Positions 1 through 9,164 of a DNA stretch of 64,000 nucleotides are shown here, piece after piece. The DNA is taken from the sequence record OR780565.1, one strand, 5' to 3'. This DNA is from Escherichia phage DCP2. Below the pieces are notes generated by a model, which worked only from the letters and a program-made list of their open reading frames with translations, was not told the origin of the DNA and made no database searches. How positions within the stretch are numbered: position 1 is the first letter of the stretch; each line of letters begins with the position of its first letter. A program made the translations under genes and the position numbers.

Positions 1-2
1 TA

Positions 3-521
3 TTGGCCATTTCAATGATGGCACATAGCTCCGAGCATACTTTCAGTAATGTCCAACTCGATAACATGCGTTACGCGTATCAATTCGGGGAACAATTTTC
101 TAAGGATGGAAAATATAAAACACACAAAAACATCCATAAGAGCGGATTGGGTCATATAATGGCTGCTATTTTGTGGCAAGAAAGCTCTGCCGGAGTTAAT
201 TTAAAATCTAAACCAAAGCATCATGCCTATGGAATGTTCCAAAATTATTTGCCAACTATGCGAGCAAGAGTTAAGGAACTTGGTTATAATATGACCGATG
301 CCGAAATAAAAAGAATGTTGAATAAACGGTCCAATTCAGCTTCCTGGGCGTACATTGAACTTTCTTATTGGTTAAATATACATAAGGGTGATATAAGAAA
401 AGCAATATCATCTTATAATTCGGGATGGAATGTTAAAGCAGGTTCTAAATATGCTTCTGAAGTCCTAGAAAAGGCTAATTACCTTAAAAATAATAAACTT
501 TTGGAAATAGTAAATGACTAA
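3..521 (+). CDS. SLT-domain lytic transglycosylase-like protein, 5' partial (ORF open to window edge)
   Basis: ORF runs to the window start; motifs WQESS (catalytic Glu-Ser), GMFQ and AISSYNSG match the family-1 lytic transglycosylase signature. Confidence 0.6.
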   Translation: MAISMMAHSSEHTFSNVQLDNMRYAYQFGEQFSKDGKYKTHKNIHKSGLGHIMAAILWQESSAGVNLKSKPKHHAYGMFQNYLPTMRARVKELGYNMTDAEIKRMLNKRSNSASWAYIELSYWLNIHKGDIRKAISSYNSGWNVKAGSKYASEVLEKANYLKNNKLLEIVND

Positions 522-855
522 AATTTTGGTTTTATGTATAGGATTAATTTCATTTTCTGTGTTAGCAGATACATCATATACTGAAATTAGAGAGTATGTA
601 AACCGTACTGCAGCGGATTATTGCGGGAAAAATAAAGCATGCCAAGCTGAATTTGCGCAGAAATTAATATATGCATATAAAGACGGAGAAAGAGATAAAT
701 CAAGCAGATACAAAAACGATACATTATTAAAACGATATGCTAAAAAGTGGAATACCTTAGAATGTTCAGTTGCGGAGGAGAAAGATAAAGCCGCTTGTCA
801 TTCAATGGTTGACCGTTTGGTAGATTCTTATAATCGAGGATTGAGTACTAGATGA
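514..855 (+). CDS. Hypothetical secreted protein, 113 aa
   Basis: ATG overlaps upstream stop; N-terminal hydrophobic signal-like segment ILVLCIGLISFSVLA. Confidence 0.5.
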   Translation: MTKILVLCIGLISFSVLADTSYTEIREYVNRTAADYCGKNKACQAEFAQKLIYAYKDGERDKSSRYKNDTLLKRYAKKWNTLECSVAEEKDKAACHSMVDRLVDSYNRGLSTR

Positions 856-1319
856 TTGTAAAATATATCAAGGGCGATATTGTCGCCCTTTTCGCTGAAG
901 GTAAAAATATTGCGCATGGATGCAATTGTTTTCATACTATGGGTTCAGGCGTAGCGGGTCAATTAACCAAAGCTTTCCCTAAAATTTTGGAAGCTGATAA
1001 ATTACAGACTGAATGGGGTGATGTAACTAAACTCGGTTCTTACTCAGTCTATGAAAAATACTTTAGGACTCATAAAGCGTATTGCTTCAACCTTTATACT
1101 CAATTTCAACCAGGGCCAAATTTTGAGTATTCCGCTTTAATGAATTGTATGTTAGAATTAAATGAGTTTGGTGAAAATAAACTGATTAAACCTACAATCT
1201 ATATGCCTAGGATTGGTGCAGGCATAGGTAAAGGGAACTGGGATATTATTGAGGGGATTTTAGATACATATTCCTCTAAATTAGAAATTGTGATTGTTGA
1301 TTGGGAACCGTTATTATGA
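852..1319 (+). CDS. Macro-domain-like protein, 155 aa
   Basis: ATG overlaps upstream stop; N-terminal GDIV...HGCNC...GSGVAGQL and later RIGAGIGKGNW resemble macro domain ADP-ribose binding motifs. Confidence 0.55.
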   Translation: MIVKYIKGDIVALFAEGKNIAHGCNCFHTMGSGVAGQLTKAFPKILEADKLQTEWGDVTKLGSYSVYEKYFRTHKAYCFNLYTQFQPGPNFEYSALMNCMLELNEFGENKLIKPTIYMPRIGAGIGKGNWDIIEGILDTYSSKLEIVIVDWEPLL

Positions 1320-1528
1320 ATATACATTATCCACATCCATATGACCCAAAGAATAAGGTAGTAATTATTCGTCAATGGGAACGCATTTGCCGTACTAAAT
1401 GTCCAATTAATAGTCCGCATGATGTAGATAAAGACTACATTGGAACATTCGTTGAATATACCTTTATTGATAAGAAAGGTCGTAAACAGCATGTAGAAGA
1501 ATACTGCTTAAAGGTTACATGGTTATGA
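1316..1528 (+). CDS. Hypothetical protein, 70 aa
   Basis: ATG at 1316 overlaps upstream stop (ATGA); tracked ORF begins at an upstream TTG. Confidence 0.45.
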   Translation: MNIHYPHPYDPKNKVVIIRQWERICRTKCPINSPHDVDKDYIGTFVEYTFIDKKGRKQHVEEYCLKVTWL

Positions 1529-1731
1529 GCCAAACTAGTATTCTTAAAAATGCCCATTGTGAAAAGTGTAAATGGCCAGTTGTTTTTGCTTTATGCAACG
1601 ATGAAATGGCTTGTGATTTCGATTATTGGTGCTATTGTTCTAATAAAGGATGCATCAATCATAAAGGTGAAGGATTTTATTCGGGATTTTATCCTTATCC
1701 AGATTTCGTTAAAGAAGGTAAACCGAAATGA
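1519..1731 (+). CDS. Hypothetical Cys-rich protein, 70 aa
   Basis: Start overlaps upstream stop; nine Cys, possible metal binding. Confidence 0.5.
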   Translation: MVMSQTSILKNAHCEKCKWPVVFALCNDEMACDFDYWCYCSNKGCINHKGEGFYSGFYPYPDFVKEGKPK

Positions 1732-1901
1732 ATAGTTTTGAGTTACAGTATGAAGTGTTACGTGAGCTTGATAATTTAATTGAACTCGCTGTCAATAAAG
1801 GTTTTGCCATTGGAATCGGTCAAAAAGATACTGGTCATTTAACTATGGAAATATTTAAGCAAAAGCGAATTATTTTAAAACTCCTGGAAATTAATATATG
1901 A
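1728..1901 (+). CDS. Hypothetical protein, 57 aa
   Basis: ATG overlaps upstream stop; fills an otherwise non-coding gap in an operon-like array; below ORF-track cutoff. Confidence 0.4.
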   Translation: MNSFELQYEVLRELDNLIELAVNKGFAIGIGQKDTGHLTMEIFKQKRIILKLLEINI

Positions 1902-2083
1902 GTCTGAGTAAAGAACAAAAAGATAAATTGTTTGAGCTTATCCATGAACTTCTAGATGAGCATACAGAAGCAAACACCTTTTATGATGAATACGGCCCGC
2001 TATCTCCCGAACAGCAAGAAGAATTTGCTGATCGGTTTGATAAGAAAGAAAACGAATTAATAGCTTATGTGAATATGCTTTAA
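1898..2083 (+). CDS. Hypothetical acidic protein, 61 aa
   Basis: ATGA start/stop overlap with the upstream ORF. Confidence 0.5.
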   Translation: MSLSKEQKDKLFELIHELLDEHTEANTFYDEYGPLSPEQQEEFADRFDKKENELIAYVNML

Positions 2084-2092
2084 GAAGGTGAT

Positions 2093-2674
2093 ATGGCGAG
2101 TTTAATTTTTACTTACGCAGCAATGAATGCTGGAAAATCTGCTTCTCTTTTGACTGCTGCACATAATTATAAAGAACGCGGAATGGGTGTATTAGTTCTT
2201 AAGCCTGCTATTGATACTCGCGATTCTGTCTGTGAAGTCGTTTCTCGCATTGGAATTAAGCAGGAAGCGAATATTATTACGGATGATATGGATATTTTTG
2301 AGTTCTATAAATGGGCTGAAGCACAAAAAGATATTCATTGTGTATTTGTAGATGAAGCTCAGTTTTTAAAAACTGAACAGGTGCATCAATTAAGTCGAAT
2401 TGTTGATACATATAATGTTCCTGTTATGGCTTATGGGCTAAGGACTGATTTCGCTGGAAAATTATTTGAAGGTTCTAAAGAACTTTTGGCGATTGCAGAT
2501 AAACTTATTGAACTAAAGGCAGTTTGTCATTGTGGTAAAAAAGCTATTATGACAGCTCGATTAATGGAAGATGGAACACCAGTTAAAGAAGGTAATCAAA
2601 TCTGTATTGGTGATGAAATTTATGTTTCTTTGTGTAGAAAACATTGGAACGAATTAACTAAAAAGCTCGGTTAG
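2093..2674 (+). CDS. tk: Thymidine kinase
   Basis: 193 aa; P-loop NAGKS; matches T4 Tk length and sequence as recalled; SD aaggtgat. Confidence 0.95.
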   Translation: MASLIFTYAAMNAGKSASLLTAAHNYKERGMGVLVLKPAIDTRDSVCEVVSRIGIKQEANIITDDMDIFEFYKWAEAQKDIHCVFVDEAQFLKTEQVHQLSRIVDTYNVPVMAYGLRTDFAGKLFEGSKELLAIADKLIELKAVCHCGKKAIMTARLMEDGTPVKEGNQICIGDEIYVSLCRKHWNELTKKLG

Positions 2675-2716
2675 TGCAAAAGTTATAAATAGGTTTATCT
2701 AACTAAAGGGGTATAT

Positions 2717-2929
2717 ATGCTACAATTAACTGAAAAGCAACTTCGCAATCTTACTGTTCTTCAATTAGATGAAATTCGTAGGGAAGTTGGAAATATCATT
2801 TCAGCTTTGCGTCGAGAAGTATCACTCAACCAATCTCCGGCAGACTATACTAGATTGCGAAATTTTGAAAAATACCTTGATAAAGTTAAGGCCGTGCATC
2901 GGCATAAAGTAAATACAGGACAAAAATGA
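2717..2929 (+). CDS. Hypothetical protein, 70 aa
   Basis: ORF with SD aagggg; lies between tk and rI. Confidence 0.55.
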
Positions 2930-2941
2930 TAGGAGGCCTTT

Positions 2942-3235
2942 ATGGCCTTAAAAGCAACGGCACTATTTGCCATGCTAGGATTAGCGTTTGCTTTATCTCC
3001 ACCAATTGAAGCGAATGTCGATCCTCATTTTGATAAATTTATGGAATCTGGTATTAGACACGTTTATATGCTTTTTGAAAATAAAAGCGTAGAATCATCT
3101 GAACAGTTCTATAGTTTTATGCGAACGACTTATAAAAATGACCCGTGCTCTTCCGATTTTGAATGTATAGAGCGAGGCGCGGAGATGGCACAATCATACG
3201 CTAGAATTATGAACATTAAATTGGAGACTGAATGA
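2942..3235 (+). CDS. rI: Lysis inhibition regulator rI
   Basis: 97 aa with signal-anchor; near-identical to T4 RI as recalled; SD taggagg. Confidence 0.9.
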   Translation: MALKATALFAMLGLAFALSPPIEANVDPHFDKFMESGIRHVYMLFENKSVESSEQFYSFMRTTYKNDPCSSDFECIERGAEMAQSYARIMNIKLETE

Positions 3236-3618
3236 AATTCAGCGACTTTTCACAAAGTGGAAAACCTTCAAAGGCAGATGAATACTTAGGTTTATTAATG
3301 GCTGCACAAGCTTATTTTCATTCTGCGCATTTTGAAACTAAAAGTTATGCTAGACACAAAGCATACGATTTTATTTTCTCTGAGTTGCCAGATTTGATTG
3401 ATAAATTTGGTGAGCAATATTTGGGGTATTCTGGTAGAAAATACACGCCTTCTATTCCAGATGCCAGTAAACTTCCTACCGACACAATTAAAATGATTGA
3501 TCGCATACTAGACCAATCTAACAGCATTTATAAAGAAATGCCTCCAGCCATTCAAAGCACGATAGATGATATTACTGGGATGTTTTACCAGAGTAAATAT
3601 CTTCTTTCCCTCGAATAA
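3232..3618 (+). CDS. Hypothetical protein, 128 aa
   Basis: ATGA overlap with rI stop; followed by a terminator hairpin. Confidence 0.6.
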   Translation: MKFSDFSQSGKPSKADEYLGLLMAAQAYFHSAHFETKSYARHKAYDFIFSELPDLIDKFGEQYLGYSGRKYTPSIPDASKLPTDTIKMIDRILDQSNSIYKEMPPAIQSTIDDITGMFYQSKYLLSLE

Positions 3619-3622
3619 CATT

Positions 3623-3646
3623 AGTCTCCTTCGGGAGACTTTTTTC
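3623..3646 (+). terminator. Hairpin terminator (stem gtctcc/ggagac, UUCG loop, T-run)
   Basis: tagtctccttcgggagactttttt. Confidence 0.7.
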
Positions 3647-3655
3647 ATTTTACCG

Positions 3656-3690
3656 GTTTACTTTCCATTTGAGCTGTGATACTATACAAC
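3656..3690 (+). promoter_or_regulatory. T4-type early promoter
   Basis: GTTTAC at 3656 followed by gatactatacaact; directly downstream of a terminator hairpin. Confidence 0.6.
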
Positions 3691-3713
3691 TATCGGATAA
3701 AGAGGAGAACATC

Positions 3714-3902
3714 ATGAAAATTGAAGCACTTAATCAAGAAGGAAATATCTACGTCATCATTAATGGTGATTTTTTCGTCGACATGGATGAAGTTACTAGT
3801 GAAGAACTTGTAGAACTTCTTAAGAAACGTTATGATATGTGTGATGAAGCTGCAACTCATATGGCGTGTGCAATATTCTCTCTTTCATATGTGGTGGAAT
3901 AA
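3714..3902 (+). CDS. Hypothetical protein, 62 aa
   Basis: ATG preceded by SD aaagaggag; first gene after the early promoter. Confidence 0.5.
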   Translation: MKIEALNQEGNIYVIINGDFFVDMDEVTSEELVELLKKRYDMCDEAATHMACAIFSLSYVVE

Positions 3903-4105
3903 TGACTAGAATTGAACAAGCAGATAAAATTAAAGAATTGGTAGCTTTAATTCGCAAAGCAGATGAGGAACTTAGTGACTTTGCTTGGTTTTCGGCAGGC
4001 ATTGCAAATAAAGGTATTGAAAAATTTGAAGCTAAAGTTGATAATGCTTTAGAAGCGTTAGATATGTTTCTTGATGAAATTATCGATCATAATACGAGAG
4101 TTTAA
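3902..4105 (+). CDS. Hypothetical protein, 67 aa
   Basis: TAATG overlap with upstream stop. Confidence 0.5.
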   Translation: MTRIEQADKIKELVALIRKADEELSDFAWFSAGIANKGIEKFEAKVDNALEALDMFLDEIIDHNTRV

Positions 4106-4107
4106 TT

Positions 4108-4302
4108 ATGCTAACACGTGAACAGTTTGAAAAAATTATTAAATTAGCACGTGATATTGAAATAGATTCATACCAATTAGCAGTTGAGCATTGTGAAGGA
4201 TATTCATACGACGGTATAGAAGCAGCTAAAAAGGATTTGGATAAATCCAAAGCTAAGTTAGTTCAATATCTTGAAATGATTAGGTGGAATAATGAAAACT
4301 GA
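4108..4302 (+). CDS. Hypothetical protein, 64 aa
   Basis: ORF tightly packed after previous stop. Confidence 0.5.
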   Translation: MLTREQFEKIIKLARDIEIDSYQLAVEHCEGYSYDGIEAAKKDLDKSKAKLVQYLEMIRWNNEN

Positions 4303-4465
4303 AAAGCAGATGTTTTTAATGAAGCTAATTGAAGAATATGCTAATGCAGTTTCTGACTATGAGTATTCTGCTCGGGAAAGAGGTACAGCTTTCGCAAAGG
4401 AAGAAATGAAAATCATGGTTGATGCTCACACAAAGCTTCAGAATTTTATTGAAAACGTCATTTAA
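4292..4465 (+). CDS. Hypothetical protein, 57 aa
   Basis: ATG overlapping upstream 3' end; below ORF-track cutoff. Confidence 0.4.
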   Translation: MKTEKQMFLMKLIEEYANAVSDYEYSARERGTAFAKEEMKIMVDAHTKLQNFIENVI

Positions 4466-4467
4466 TG

Positions 4468-4498
4468 GTTTACAAGTTGGCAAGATTATGATATAGTA
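4468..4498 (+). promoter_or_regulatory. T4-type early promoter with overlapping inverted repeat
   Basis: GTTTAC then tatgatatagtaat; imperfect palindrome ttggcaagatta / taatcttgtcaa. Confidence 0.55.
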
Positions 4499-4632
4499 AT
4501 CTTGTCAACTGCCAAGGAGAAGAGAATGAAAGTTTTGTTTGTTGTGTATGTGATGATTCAATATAATTATCCAATGTTTACTTATAATCTGGTGAACAAC
4601 ATTATTGATATTATTCAAAGGAGTATGTAATT

Positions 4633-5190
4633 GTGGGTGAGTCGAAGAGAATCAATATGAAACGATTAGTATTAGAAGTTAGTCCGCTTTTTGGTGAATT
4701 AGCTATAGAAAAAGTAAATAATATGTATCGTTTGACACAAGAAGACGATATGCTATATTTTACGCCTAGTGAAATCATTCATTTAACCCAAATTGAATAT
4801 CCTTATACTGATAAAATAGTAAGCATCAATGATGAGCACAAAATTCATTTTTATTCTTCATGCCCAGGATTTAATATTAAAAGTGAGTCAATGTGTTTAT
4901 CAGTTATCCATTGGGATAGTTTTATAGATAAGATTAAATATTTTTATTATTCTAATGAAAGAAAACATAGTTTAAAATGGCTCAAAAATTGCAATGCTAT
5001 TATTACTAACGCTTGCAATCAGAATGATGAAACTGTTTTAAACGTATCAAAATGCTATGAAGATGGTGATGTCTTAACTATTCGTCAAATTGATGATTTT
5101 CGATCGTATATTGTCACATTTACCAAAGACGAAGCTATTGCGCTAAAGACTTATCTCGATTCTGTCATTCCAACTATGATTTCAAAGTGA
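4633..5190 (+). CDS. Hypothetical protein, about 185 aa
   Basis: GTG at 4633 ten nt after SD aaggag; alternative ATG at 4657. Confidence 0.55.
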   Translation: MGESKRINMKRLVLEVSPLFGELAIEKVNNMYRLTQEDDMLYFTPSEIIHLTQIEYPYTDKIVSINDEHKIHFYSSCPGFNIKSESMCLSVIHWDSFIDKIKYFYYSNERKHSLKWLKNCNAIITNACNQNDETVLNVSKCYEDGDVLTIRQIDDFRSYIVTFTKDEAIALKTYLDSVIPTMISK

Positions 5191-5196
5191 GGAAAT

Positions 5197-5718
5197 ATGT
5201 TTATTTCAAGTGGAAGTGGTTTAATTCGTGTTGAATTTAAAAATGACATCTTCCTTATTCAAGGAGATGATATTATTAAAATGAGTTATGATGAAATTAA
5301 GAAAATTTGTAATGCTCTTGAAAGTCATGGAAAAGTGAACGCTGTTATTGATATTGGTGATTTATGGGTGACACTTTATGAAGTATCCGAAGGATTTAAT
5401 ATTGAAGATGAAAACAACATCTTAGCTATTGATAAAAGAAGCGATTTGTTTGATGTGTTAAAAGTTTATGAACAGTCAAACGGTGGAAGAAAAGCCGTAT
5501 TGATTTATCAAAAACCGCATTCATGTGGAACTGCTTCAATCATTTCAAATATTGAAGATGAAACTGATACTTATATGTGTGTTTTGAAAGCTGGCCGTGA
5601 CCGTCATCCGGATTTTATTTCTATTCGTCAAAACAATGAAGAAATTTCATTATCAAAATCAGAAGCTGAAGCTATGATTAAGTATTTAACAACTGTTACA
5701 CCTTCAATGAAAGGATAA
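5197..5718 (+). CDS. Hypothetical protein, 173 aa
   Basis: SD tgaggaaat; C-terminus resembles that of the preceding ORF (possible tandem paralog). Confidence 0.6.
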   Translation: MFISSGSGLIRVEFKNDIFLIQGDDIIKMSYDEIKKICNALESHGKVNAVIDIGDLWVTLYEVSEGFNIEDENNILAIDKRSDLFDVLKVYEQSNGGRKAVLIYQKPHSCGTASIISNIEDETDTYMCVLKAGRDRHPDFISIRQNNEEISLSKSEAEAMIKYLTTVTPSMKG

Positions 5719-5720
5719 TT

Positions 5721-6182
5721 ATGATTATTAATGAAAACTCTTGGCACTATAAATTATTCAAACTGTTTAACGACGAATGGAAACGACCTAAGACACTGTG
5801 TGCATACTTTTGGTCTATTGTTATCCCTACATTTTTCGTTTCTTTTTTCGGATGTACTATACTCGCAGGTCTAACTATCATCTGTGCAGAAATCATACAG
5901 AAATGGCTTATTTTTGGTAGTTTATGGACTCTTATTCCATCAGCATTTGTACTTGCCATTTTGCTTGTTTTACTTATTATCGGTTCATTTGTTATTCCTG
6001 CACAACTGCGTGAAAAATATAAAGATTATAAATGGAAAAAGGATTATGCTTTACACGTAGAAAATATTGATAGGGCGTATAAAGGTTTACCTCCTATTCA
6101 ACCCAAGAAATCTATTATCGTCGAATTTTTAAAAGCTCGTAAAGCTAAAGTATGTCCTGTTATTGAATATAAGGCTGAATGA
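5721..6182 (+). CDS. Hypothetical membrane protein, 153 aa
   Basis: SD aaagga; at least three long hydrophobic segments. Confidence 0.6.
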   Translation: MIINENSWHYKLFKLFNDEWKRPKTLCAYFWSIVIPTFFVSFFGCTILAGLTIICAEIIQKWLIFGSLWTLIPSAFVLAILLVLLIIGSFVIPAQLREKYKDYKWKKDYALHVENIDRAYKGLPPIQPKKSIIVEFLKARKAKVCPVIEYKAE

Positions 6183-7192
6183 TGAAAACAGTAATGAAAA
6201 GCTATTTTGGTAGTCATCTTTATGGAACTTCTACTCCAGAATCTGATGTAGATTTTAAAGAAATCTTTGTTCCTCCTGCTCGCGATATTCTTATCGGAAA
6301 TGTTAAAGAGCATATGAGTAAAAACACTAACAACACATCATCTAAAAACACTAAAGATGATATTGACCACGAATTGTATAGTCTTAAATATTTCTTTAAA
6401 TTAGCAGCAGATGGTGAAACTGTAGCGTTAGATATGCTTCACACTCCACCTGAGTTAGTGGTTAAATCTGATTTGCCTGATGTGTGGAAGTTTATTCAAG
6501 ACAACCGTTCTCGTTTTTATACGACTAACATGAAATCCTATTTAGGATATGTCCGTAAGCAAGCTTCTAAATACGGCGTTAAGGGTTCTCGTTTGGCTGC
6601 ATTACGTGATGTATTGAAAGTAGTTAATCAAATCCCTGAGAAATGGGTTGATTACCAAGAAGATGGTTCTATTAAGCAGCGTCGTACTAAAGTTGAAGAT
6701 ATTAAGCATCGTCTTCCAGAAAACGAATTCTGTGAATGGGTGTTCCATAATCATGAGAAAACAGGCCCACAGACGTTCTACACAGTGTTGGGTCGTAAAT
6801 ATCAGACAACGCTTTCTCTTATTGAGCTTAAGCAGTCACTGAACAAATTAGATGCTGAATACGGTGAACGTGCTCGTAAGGCCGAAGCCAATGAAGGTAT
6901 TGACTGGAAAGCTCTGAGTCATGCTTGCCGTGGTGGACTCCAACTATTGGAAATTTACAAAACTGGTGACTTGGTTTATCCACTCCAAGATGCTCCATTT
7001 ATTCTCGACGTGAAGTTGGGTAAACATCCATTTAAAACGGTTCAAGAGTTTTTGGAAGATGTGGTCGATCAAGTAGAAGCAGCATCTACTGAAGCTTCTA
7101 AGAACGGTATGCAGCAAAAAGTAGACATGGGTTTTTGGGATGACTTCCTTGAGAGGGTTTATCTTGAAAACCACCGAAGTTATTATAAATGA
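6179..7192 (+). CDS. Nucleotidyltransferase-fold protein, 337 aa
   Basis: ATGA overlap with upstream gene; N-terminal GS-x9-SDVDF matches the pol-beta-type nucleotidyltransferase signature. Confidence 0.6.
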   Translation: MMKTVMKSYFGSHLYGTSTPESDVDFKEIFVPPARDILIGNVKEHMSKNTNNTSSKNTKDDIDHELYSLKYFFKLAADGETVALDMLHTPPELVVKSDLPDVWKFIQDNRSRFYTTNMKSYLGYVRKQASKYGVKGSRLAALRDVLKVVNQIPEKWVDYQEDGSIKQRRTKVEDIKHRLPENEFCEWVFHNHEKTGPQTFYTVLGRKYQTTLSLIELKQSLNKLDAEYGERARKAEANEGIDWKALSHACRGGLQLLEIYKTGDLVYPLQDAPFILDVKLGKHPFKTVQEFLEDVVDQVEAASTEASKNGMQQKVDMGFWDDFLERVYLENHRSYYK

Positions 7193-7194
7193 TA

Positions 7195-7219
7195 GGGAGC
7201 CTTCGGGCTCCCTTTTTTT
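7195..7219 (+). terminator. Hairpin terminator
   Basis: gggagccttcgggctccc followed by a T-run. Confidence 0.75.
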
Positions 7220-7243
7220 ATTTCAAAAATTTTTCACAAAATT

Positions 7244-7276
7244 GTTTACAAGCATAAAGCTTTATGGTACTATACA
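7244..7276 (+). promoter_or_regulatory. T4-type early promoter
   Basis: GTTTAC then tatggtactatacaact. Confidence 0.65.
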
Positions 7277-7310
7277 ACTATCAAAACAAACACTTAAACG
7301 GAAAAACAAA

Positions 7311-7460
7311 ATGAAAATTACACCAATTGAAGTAAAAAAGTTGATTGACACAGAAGAAATTTCAGAGTGTTTTGAAAGTTTCTTAGAAGATGCAACTGAA
7401 GATAATGCAGTTTATCTCGCTCAGAAAATTATCGAAACTTATTTGGAGAAGAATCAATGA
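7311..7460 (+). CDS. Hypothetical protein, 49 aa
   Basis: First ATG after the promoter; the longer tracked ORF begins upstream of the promoter. Confidence 0.45.
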   Translation: MKITPIEVKKLIDTEEISECFESFLEDATEDNAVYLAQKIIETYLEKNQ

Positions 7461-7720
7461 CAGTTTACGTAGATGTTTTAATGAATCATGGATGGAAACT
7501 TCGCGGTCATCCAACTAAAAATTGTCATATGTTCACTGATGGAGATATTGAAGAGCTTCATGAAATGGCAGAAGCAATAGGAATGAAACGTTCTTGGTTT
7601 CAAGATAAACGCATTAAACATTATGACTTACACGCTCGCCGACGCCAAAAAGCTGTAGAACTTGGAGCTGTAGAAGTATCTCGCCGTGAAGCAGTAAAAA
7701 TTTGGCGAACGTTAAAATAA
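7457..7720 (+). CDS. Hypothetical protein, 87 aa
   Basis: ATGA overlap with upstream stop. Confidence 0.55.
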   Translation: MTVYVDVLMNHGWKLRGHPTKNCHMFTDGDIEELHEMAEAIGMKRSWFQDKRIKHYDLHARRRQKAVELGAVEVSRREAVKIWRTLK

Positions 7721-7723
7721 ATT

Positions 7724-7756
7724 GTTTACAGAAGGGTAGTAGTGTGATACTATTAC
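7724..7756 (+). promoter_or_regulatory. T4-type early promoter
   Basis: GTTTAC then gtgtgatactattaccctatc. Confidence 0.6.
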
Positions 7757-7789
7757 CCTATCAAAACAAATGTGAGATTGGAGAATAAA

Positions 7790-8758
7790 ATGAAAACTGT
7801 AACTATCAATAAGGGTATCTACTTCGGTAAAGAAATCTCTGGAACTTTTGAGCTCTTAGGTGAATGGTTCCCAGATAATGCTCCGGTAGATGCACAAGGA
7901 GATGGTAAAGTTTTTGTTGAAATTGACGGTAAGCGTCGCGGTGTTTGGGTTTACAAATCAGACATTTCATATGATGGTGTAAAAGTTGAAGAAGTTAAAG
8001 AATCATATGAAGATATGAAAACCCGCATTAATAAAAGATTTAATGTTATGGGAATGATGACGAATGGTATTATTAATGGAAATATTCGTTCATTAATTAT
8101 CTCTGGCGCAGCAGGTATTGGTAAAACGTATTCTTTAGATAAAGCTTTAAATAAAGCAAATGATATTGGATACATTGAATATAAAAGCATTAATGGTAAA
8201 ATCTCTGGTATTGGTCTTTATGAGCAGCTTTGGAATAATCGTGAAGAGAATTCTGTCCTTTTGATTGATGATGTGGATGTTTTCTCTGATATGGACATTC
8301 TTAATCTTCTGAAAGCTGCTCTGGACACTGGAGAGACCCGTAAAGTCTGCTGGAGCACCGCATCTTCTTACTTAGAAGAAAAAGGCATTGAGCGTGAGTT
8401 TGAATTTAAAGGAACGATTGTTTTTATCACAAACGTTGACATTGACCGCGAATTAGACCGTGGTACTAAACTTGCTCCACATTTACAAGCATTAGTGTCC
8501 CGCTCGGTTTATTTGGATTTGGGTGTTCACACTAATGAAGAAATTATGGTCAGGGTTGAAGATGTTATTCTTTCAACTGACATGATGCAAAAGCGCGGTC
8601 TTTCTGATGAAGAAACTTATAAAGCATTATCATGGATGAAAGTTAATGTTAATCGTTTACGCAATGTTTCACTGCGTACTGCTCTTTATCTTGCTGACTT
8701 TATTATGACCGACAAAAACGGTTGGGAAGAAATTGCTGAGGTTACTCTTCTGAAATAA
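7790..8758 (+). CDS. P-loop ATPase, 322 aa
   Basis: Walker A GAAGIGKT and Walker B VLLIDDVD; ATG with SD ggag; tracked ORF begins at upstream GTG. Confidence 0.7.
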   Translation: MKTVTINKGIYFGKEISGTFELLGEWFPDNAPVDAQGDGKVFVEIDGKRRGVWVYKSDISYDGVKVEEVKESYEDMKTRINKRFNVMGMMTNGIINGNIRSLIISGAAGIGKTYSLDKALNKANDIGYIEYKSINGKISGIGLYEQLWNNREENSVLLIDDVDVFSDMDILNLLKAALDTGETRKVCWSTASSYLEEKGIEREFEFKGTIVFITNVDIDRELDRGTKLAPHLQALVSRSVYLDLGVHTNEEIMVRVEDVILSTDMMQKRGLSDEETYKALSWMKVNVNRLRNVSLRTALYLADFIMTDKNGWEEIAEVTLLK

Positions 8759-8847
8759 TTCATAAGAGGACTTCTATGACAAAAAGGCAGTTCAGAAATA
8801 GATTATATGGACTGCCATTAAAAAGATAACTAGAATTAAACTGGTGA

Positions 8848-9162
8848 ATGGAGGTAATGATGTTATACTCAAAGGCTCGTGAAATTTACGAAACTAAAAT
8901 TAAAGAAGCAGTATTTCAATTCGCAACGACAATGCGATGGACAAATGACTGGGAGTATTCAAAAAATCATAAGAAGCCCATGGTGACAAGAAAGGCTCAT
9001 ATGTTAGTGTTAATAGACCGTGAGCAGATTAAAGCCCGAGAAGCCCTCCAGAATCACAAAAAGGCTGCCTTTGAATGGTTTATGGATAACACTGCTCCTG
9101 AGACCAAGAAAGCGGTAAGTGCATGGTTCAGTGGAAAAAATTGTGAAAGAAGTTTCTTTTAG
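8848..9162 (+). CDS. Hypothetical protein, about 104 aa
   Basis: Three in-frame ATGs near SD ggagg (8848, 8857, 8860); exact start uncertain. Confidence 0.5.
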   Translation: MEVMMLYSKAREIYETKIKEAVFQFATTMRWTNDWEYSKNHKKPMVTRKAHMLVLIDREQIKAREALQNHKKAAFEWFMDNTAPETKKAVSAWFSGKNCERSFF

Positions 9163-9164
9163 TG

